Part shown: positions 60,850 to 64,000 of the stretch, piece by piece
How the letters are laid out: each line of letters opens with the position of its first letter
Numbering within the stretch: position 1 is the first letter of the stretch
Assembly: GCA_965228475.1 (NCBI GenBank)
Contig: OZ245817.1
Span: forward strand, 640,001 to 704,000
Source of the DNA: Myxococcota bacterium
GTDB lineage: Bacteria; Myxococcota_A; UBA9160; JAFDDA01
DNA length: 64,000 nucleotides
Direction: 5' to 3'
Notes under the pieces: model-generated
Database searches by the model: none
What the model saw: the letters and a program-made list of their open reading frames with translations, nothing else
What the model was told of the DNA's origin: nothing
Translations under genes and position numbers: made by a program

Positions 60850-61790
60850 TGGGCACGCGCCGGCTCTTGGCACCCGCCAAGCTGAACCTCGGTCTGCGCA
60901 TCGTCGGCGTCCGGGCCGACGGCTACCACGAGCTCTCGAGCCTCTTCGTTCCGCTCGATCTGGCGGACGAGGTCACCGTCGAGGTGGCGCCCGCCGAGCG
61001 GGCCCGGGTGACGATCGAGGTCGAGGCGGCGGCCGGCGTCCCGGGGGACGTGCCCGCGGATTCGAGCAACCTCGCCGCCCGGGCCGCCCTGGCGTTCCTC
61101 GAGGCCGCGGGCCTCGCGGCCGCGGTCCACATCCGGCTCGAGAAGCGGATCCCGTCGCCCGGGGGCCTCGGGGGCGGGTCGAGCGACGCCGCGGCGGTTC
61201 TCCGGGCTCTGGCCGCCGAGTTCCCGGGAGCCCTGGCCGGGGAACGGCTGGAGAGCCTGGGCCTCGGCCTCGGGGCCGACGTGCCCTTCTTCCTGGGCCC
61301 CGGCGGCGAGGGGCCCGTGCCCGCCCGGGTCGAAGGCATCGGGGAGCGGGTCGCCCCGGCCCCCGGGGTCCCGAGCCTCGCCGCGGCCCTCGTCCACGCC
61401 GGCCCGCCGCTCGAAACCGCCCGCGTCTACGCGGAGTTCGACGCATCGGGGGCTTCGTTGACTGGCGAAAGGGCACCCACTACGATGCCGGCGCCCGCGG
61501 GCTGGCTCGCGGCGGACTGGCTCTCCACCTTGCTCGTGAACGATCTCGAGGCGCCCGCCACGCGGCTGGCTCCGGGAATCGCTCCGCTCCGGGAGGCCCT
61601 CGCCGCCGCCGGTGCTCGCGGGGTCGGGCTGAGCGGAAGCGGCCCGACGCTCTTCGGTATCTTCCCCGATGCGTCGTCCGCGTCGGAGGCGTTGTCGGGA
61701 GCGCGCTTGCGCGAAGAACTCGCCCGAACGGGAGCCGCGCAAGCCTTCACGGGCGTGGCCCGGACCGTCGCCTCGGGTGAGGCGCGGTAG
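60849..61790 (+). CDS. ispE: 4-diphosphocytidyl-2-C-methyl-D-erythritol kinase
   Basis: [42 protein letters not shown]. Confidence 0.95.
   Translation: MGTRRLLAPAKLNLGLRIVGVRADGYHELSSLFVPLDLADEVTVEVAPAERARVTIEVEAAAGVPGDVPADSSNLAARAALAFLEAAGLAAAVHIRLEKRIPSPGGLGGGSSDAAAVLRALAAEFPGALAGERLESLGLGLGADVPFFLGPGGEGPVPARVEGIGERVAPAPGVPSLAAALVHAGPPLETARVYAEFDASGASLTGERAPTTMPAPAGWLAADWLSTLLVNDLEAPATRLAPGIAPLREALAAAGARGVGLSGSGPTLFGIFPDASSASEALSGARLREELARTGAAQAFTGVARTVASGEAR
61458..61486 (+). promoter_or_regulatory. Sigma70 promoter inside ispE, probably for tRNA-Gln-prs-rplY-pth
   Basis: TTGACT, 17 nt, TACGAT, in a locally AT-richer patch of ispE. Confidence 0.65.
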
Positions 61791-61845
61791 GAAGCGGACG
61801 CGGCAGCGCACGGATTTCGGGCGTCGCCGAAGGGGCGACGCGCCT

Positions 61846-61920
<75 letters not shown>

Positions 61921-61936
61921 TCAGGAAGACCGAACG

Positions 61937-62875
61937 ATGCAGCAGCTCAAGCTCTTTGCCGGGAACTCGAACCCGGATCTCGCCCGCGCCATCGCGCGCG
62001 AGCTGGGCCAGGAGCTCGGCCACGCCGAAGTGACCCGCTTCAGCGACGGCGAGATCAGCGTCGAGATCGGCGACAACGTGCGCGGCATGGACTGCTTCGT
62101 CCTGCAGAGCACCTCGACGCCGGCCAACCGCCACCTGATGGAGCTGCTGATCATGACGGACGCGCTGCGCCGCGCGTCCGCCCGCCGCATCACCGCGGTG
62201 GTTCCCTACTACGGCTATTCGCGGCAGGATCGGAAGGTCTCGCCGCGCGCGCCCATCACCGCCAAGCTCGTTGCGGACCTCCTGACGGCGGCGGGCATCT
62301 CGCGCGTGCTGTGCCTCGACCTCCACGCGGGCCAGATCCAGGGCTTCTTCAACATCCCCGTCGACAACCTCTACGCGCGGCCGATCCTGCTCGACGCGAT
62401 CGGCCGGCGCTTCCCGCAGGACGTCACGATCGTCTCGCCGGATGCCGGCGGCGTGGAGCGCGCCCGCGCCTACGCGAAGCGGCTCGACGCCCCGCTGGCG
62501 ATCATCGACAAGCGGCGGGAGCGGGCGAACGTCTCCGAGGTCATGCACGTGATCGGCGAAGTCGGCGACCGCAACTGCGTGCTGGTCGACGACATGGTCG
62601 ACACCGCCGGCACCCTGGCCCAGGCGGCGACGGCCCTCTCGAAGGAAGGCGCGCGCTCCGTGGTCGCGGCCATCACCCACCCGGTGCTCTCGGGGCCGGC
62701 CATCAAGCGCCTCGACGAGTCGCCCCTCGAGAAGCTCATCACCACCGATTCGATCCCCCTTCGCGACGACGCGAAGGAGTCTCAGAAGATCGAGGTCGTC
62801 TCCACCGCCAAGCTGCTGGCGGAGTCGATCCGGCGCATCAACAACGAAGAGAGCGTGAGCTCGCTCTTCGCCTGA
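61937..62875 (+). CDS. prs: Ribose-phosphate pyrophosphokinase
   Basis: [43 protein letters not shown]. Confidence 0.97.
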   Translation: MQQLKLFAGNSNPDLARAIARELGQELGHAEVTRFSDGEISVEIGDNVRGMDCFVLQSTSTPANRHLMELLIMTDALRRASARRITAVVPYYGYSRQDRKVSPRAPITAKLVADLLTAAGISRVLCLDLHAGQIQGFFNIPVDNLYARPILLDAIGRRFPQDVTIVSPDAGGVERARAYAKRLDAPLAIIDKRRERANVSEVMHVIGEVGDRNCVLVDDMVDTAGTLAQAATALSKEGARSVVAAITHPVLSGPAIKRLDESPLEKLITTDSIPLRDDAKESQKIEVVSTAKLLAESIRRINNEESVSSLFA

Positions 62876-62912
62876 TCTTTCGAGTCGGCCGAGCCGACCC
62901 CAGGAGAACACC

Positions 62913-63608
62913 GTGTCCGATACCACCATCGAAGTCGAAGCCCGCGAGGGCGTGGGCAAGGGCGTCGCCCGCAAGCTGCGCGCCGCCGGGAAGATCCCCG
63001 CCGTGTTCTACGGCGGCGGCCGGGAGGCCGTGCCGGTCTCCCTCGACCCCGCGCGCCTGCAGAAGGTGCTCCATGCCAGCGAGACCGGGCTGAACACGCT
63101 GCTCGACCTCGCGGGTTCGGGCAACGCCGCCGTCGACGGCAAGACCGCGATGGTGCGCGAGCTCCAGCGCGACCCGATCAAGGGCACCTTCATCCATGCG
63201 GACCTCTACGAAGTCGACCTCAGCCAGAAGATCGAGGTCGAGGTCCCGCTCCACGTGACGGGGAAGGCCATCGGCGTCGAGAACGGCGGCGTGCTCGACC
63301 AGGCGCTGCGCGAGCTCGAGATCAAGTGTCTGCCCCGGGCCATCCCGGACGAGATCTCGGTCGACGTGACGAGCCTCGACATGGGCGACAACCTCCACGT
63401 GCGCGACATCGAGCTGCCGGACGGCGTCGAGCTGATCTCCGACGGCGACCTCTCGGTCGTGTCGGTCGTCGCGCCGGTGAAGGAAGAGGACCTCGTCGCC
63501 GACACGGGCGAAGAGGCCGACGCCGCAGCCGCCGCGCCGGACGCGGAAGCCGAGGGCGATGCCCCGGCCGCCGCCGAGGGCGAGGGAGAGAAGAAGGACG
63601 GCGAGTAG
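62913..63608 (+). CDS. rplY: 50S ribosomal protein L25/Ctc
   Basis: GKGVARKLR.AGKIPAVFYG, HADL, GVENGG, acidic tail. Confidence 0.95.
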   Translation: MSDTTIEVEAREGVGKGVARKLRAAGKIPAVFYGGGREAVPVSLDPARLQKVLHASETGLNTLLDLAGSGNAAVDGKTAMVRELQRDPIKGTFIHADLYEVDLSQKIEVEVPLHVTGKAIGVENGGVLDQALRELEIKCLPRAIPDEISVDVTSLDMGDNLHVRDIELPDGVELISDGDLSVVSVVAPVKEEDLVADTGEEADAAAAAPDAEAEGDAPAAAEGEGEKKDGE

Positions 63609-63677
63609 CATCGCCCGCCCCGACGTTCGCGTGCCCACGCCGTCCGCCCCGGCTTCGTCGTGGCCCGAGCGCGCGCG

Positions 63678-64000
63678 ATGAAGGTGGTGGTCGGTCTCGG
63701 GAACCCCGGCGAGCGCTACGCCGCGACGCGCCACAACGCGGGTTTCTGGGTCCTCGACCGCCTCGCCGCGGCGCACGGCCTCGCCTTCGAGGCCCATGCG
63801 GACGCCCACGTCGCCCGTGGGCAGCTGCCCGACGGCTCCCCGTACGCCCTGGTCAAGCCCTGGACCTTCATGAACCGCTCCGGGGGGCCGGCGGCCGGCT
63901 GGTTCGAGGCGCTCGGGGCCGGGGACCCGGCGGTCGACCTGCTCGTCGTCTACGACGACCTCGATCTCCCGCCCGGCCAGCTACGGCTGCGCAAGAAGGG
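63678..64000 (+). CDS. pth: Peptidyl-tRNA hydrolase (partial, runs off the window)
   Basis: Manual translation MKVVVGLGNPGERYAATRHNAGF...KPWTFMNRSG...VVYDDLDLP. Confidence 0.95.
   Translation, partial: MKVVVGLGNPGERYAATRHNAGFWVLDRLAAAHGLAFEAHADAHVARGQLPDGSPYALVKPWTFMNRSGGPAAGWFEALGAGDPAVDLLVVYDDLDLPPGQLRLRKK

Overview
GC-rich chromosomal window from a diderm bacterium (lolA, bamD, lgt present). The gene order and families (TIGR02266-type PilZ, pgpA-cinA-thpR-recA-pilT-alaS, DUF1844-ispE-tRNA-Gln-prs-rplY-pth) suggest Myxococcota or related deltaproteobacteria; this is an inference. Most of it is housekeeping: class II ribonucleotide reductase with tandem NrdR boxes, ETF-QO, moaC, an ECF sigma/anti-sigma pair, radC, ssb, ftsK-lolA, mreB, mltG, ruvX, recA, alaS, ispG and ispE. 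The standout is a complete actinobacterial-type Pup-proteasome locus (arc-dop-pup-prcB-prcA-pafA, 29800-36664) in this Gram-negative context, behind a long structured leader and followed by a compositionally atypical STT3/AglB-like oligosaccharyltransferase gene. Non-coding signals include two homologous ~146-bp hairpin elements with compensatory stem changes between mreB and a TPR gene, a recurring sigma28-like promoter at eight genes (including pafA, mreB, pilT and two PilZ genes), many apparently leaderless genes, and a putative metal-responsive leader/HMA/outer-membrane cassette. I saw no CRISPR array, transposase or prophage. All calls come from reading the sequence; no searches were run.
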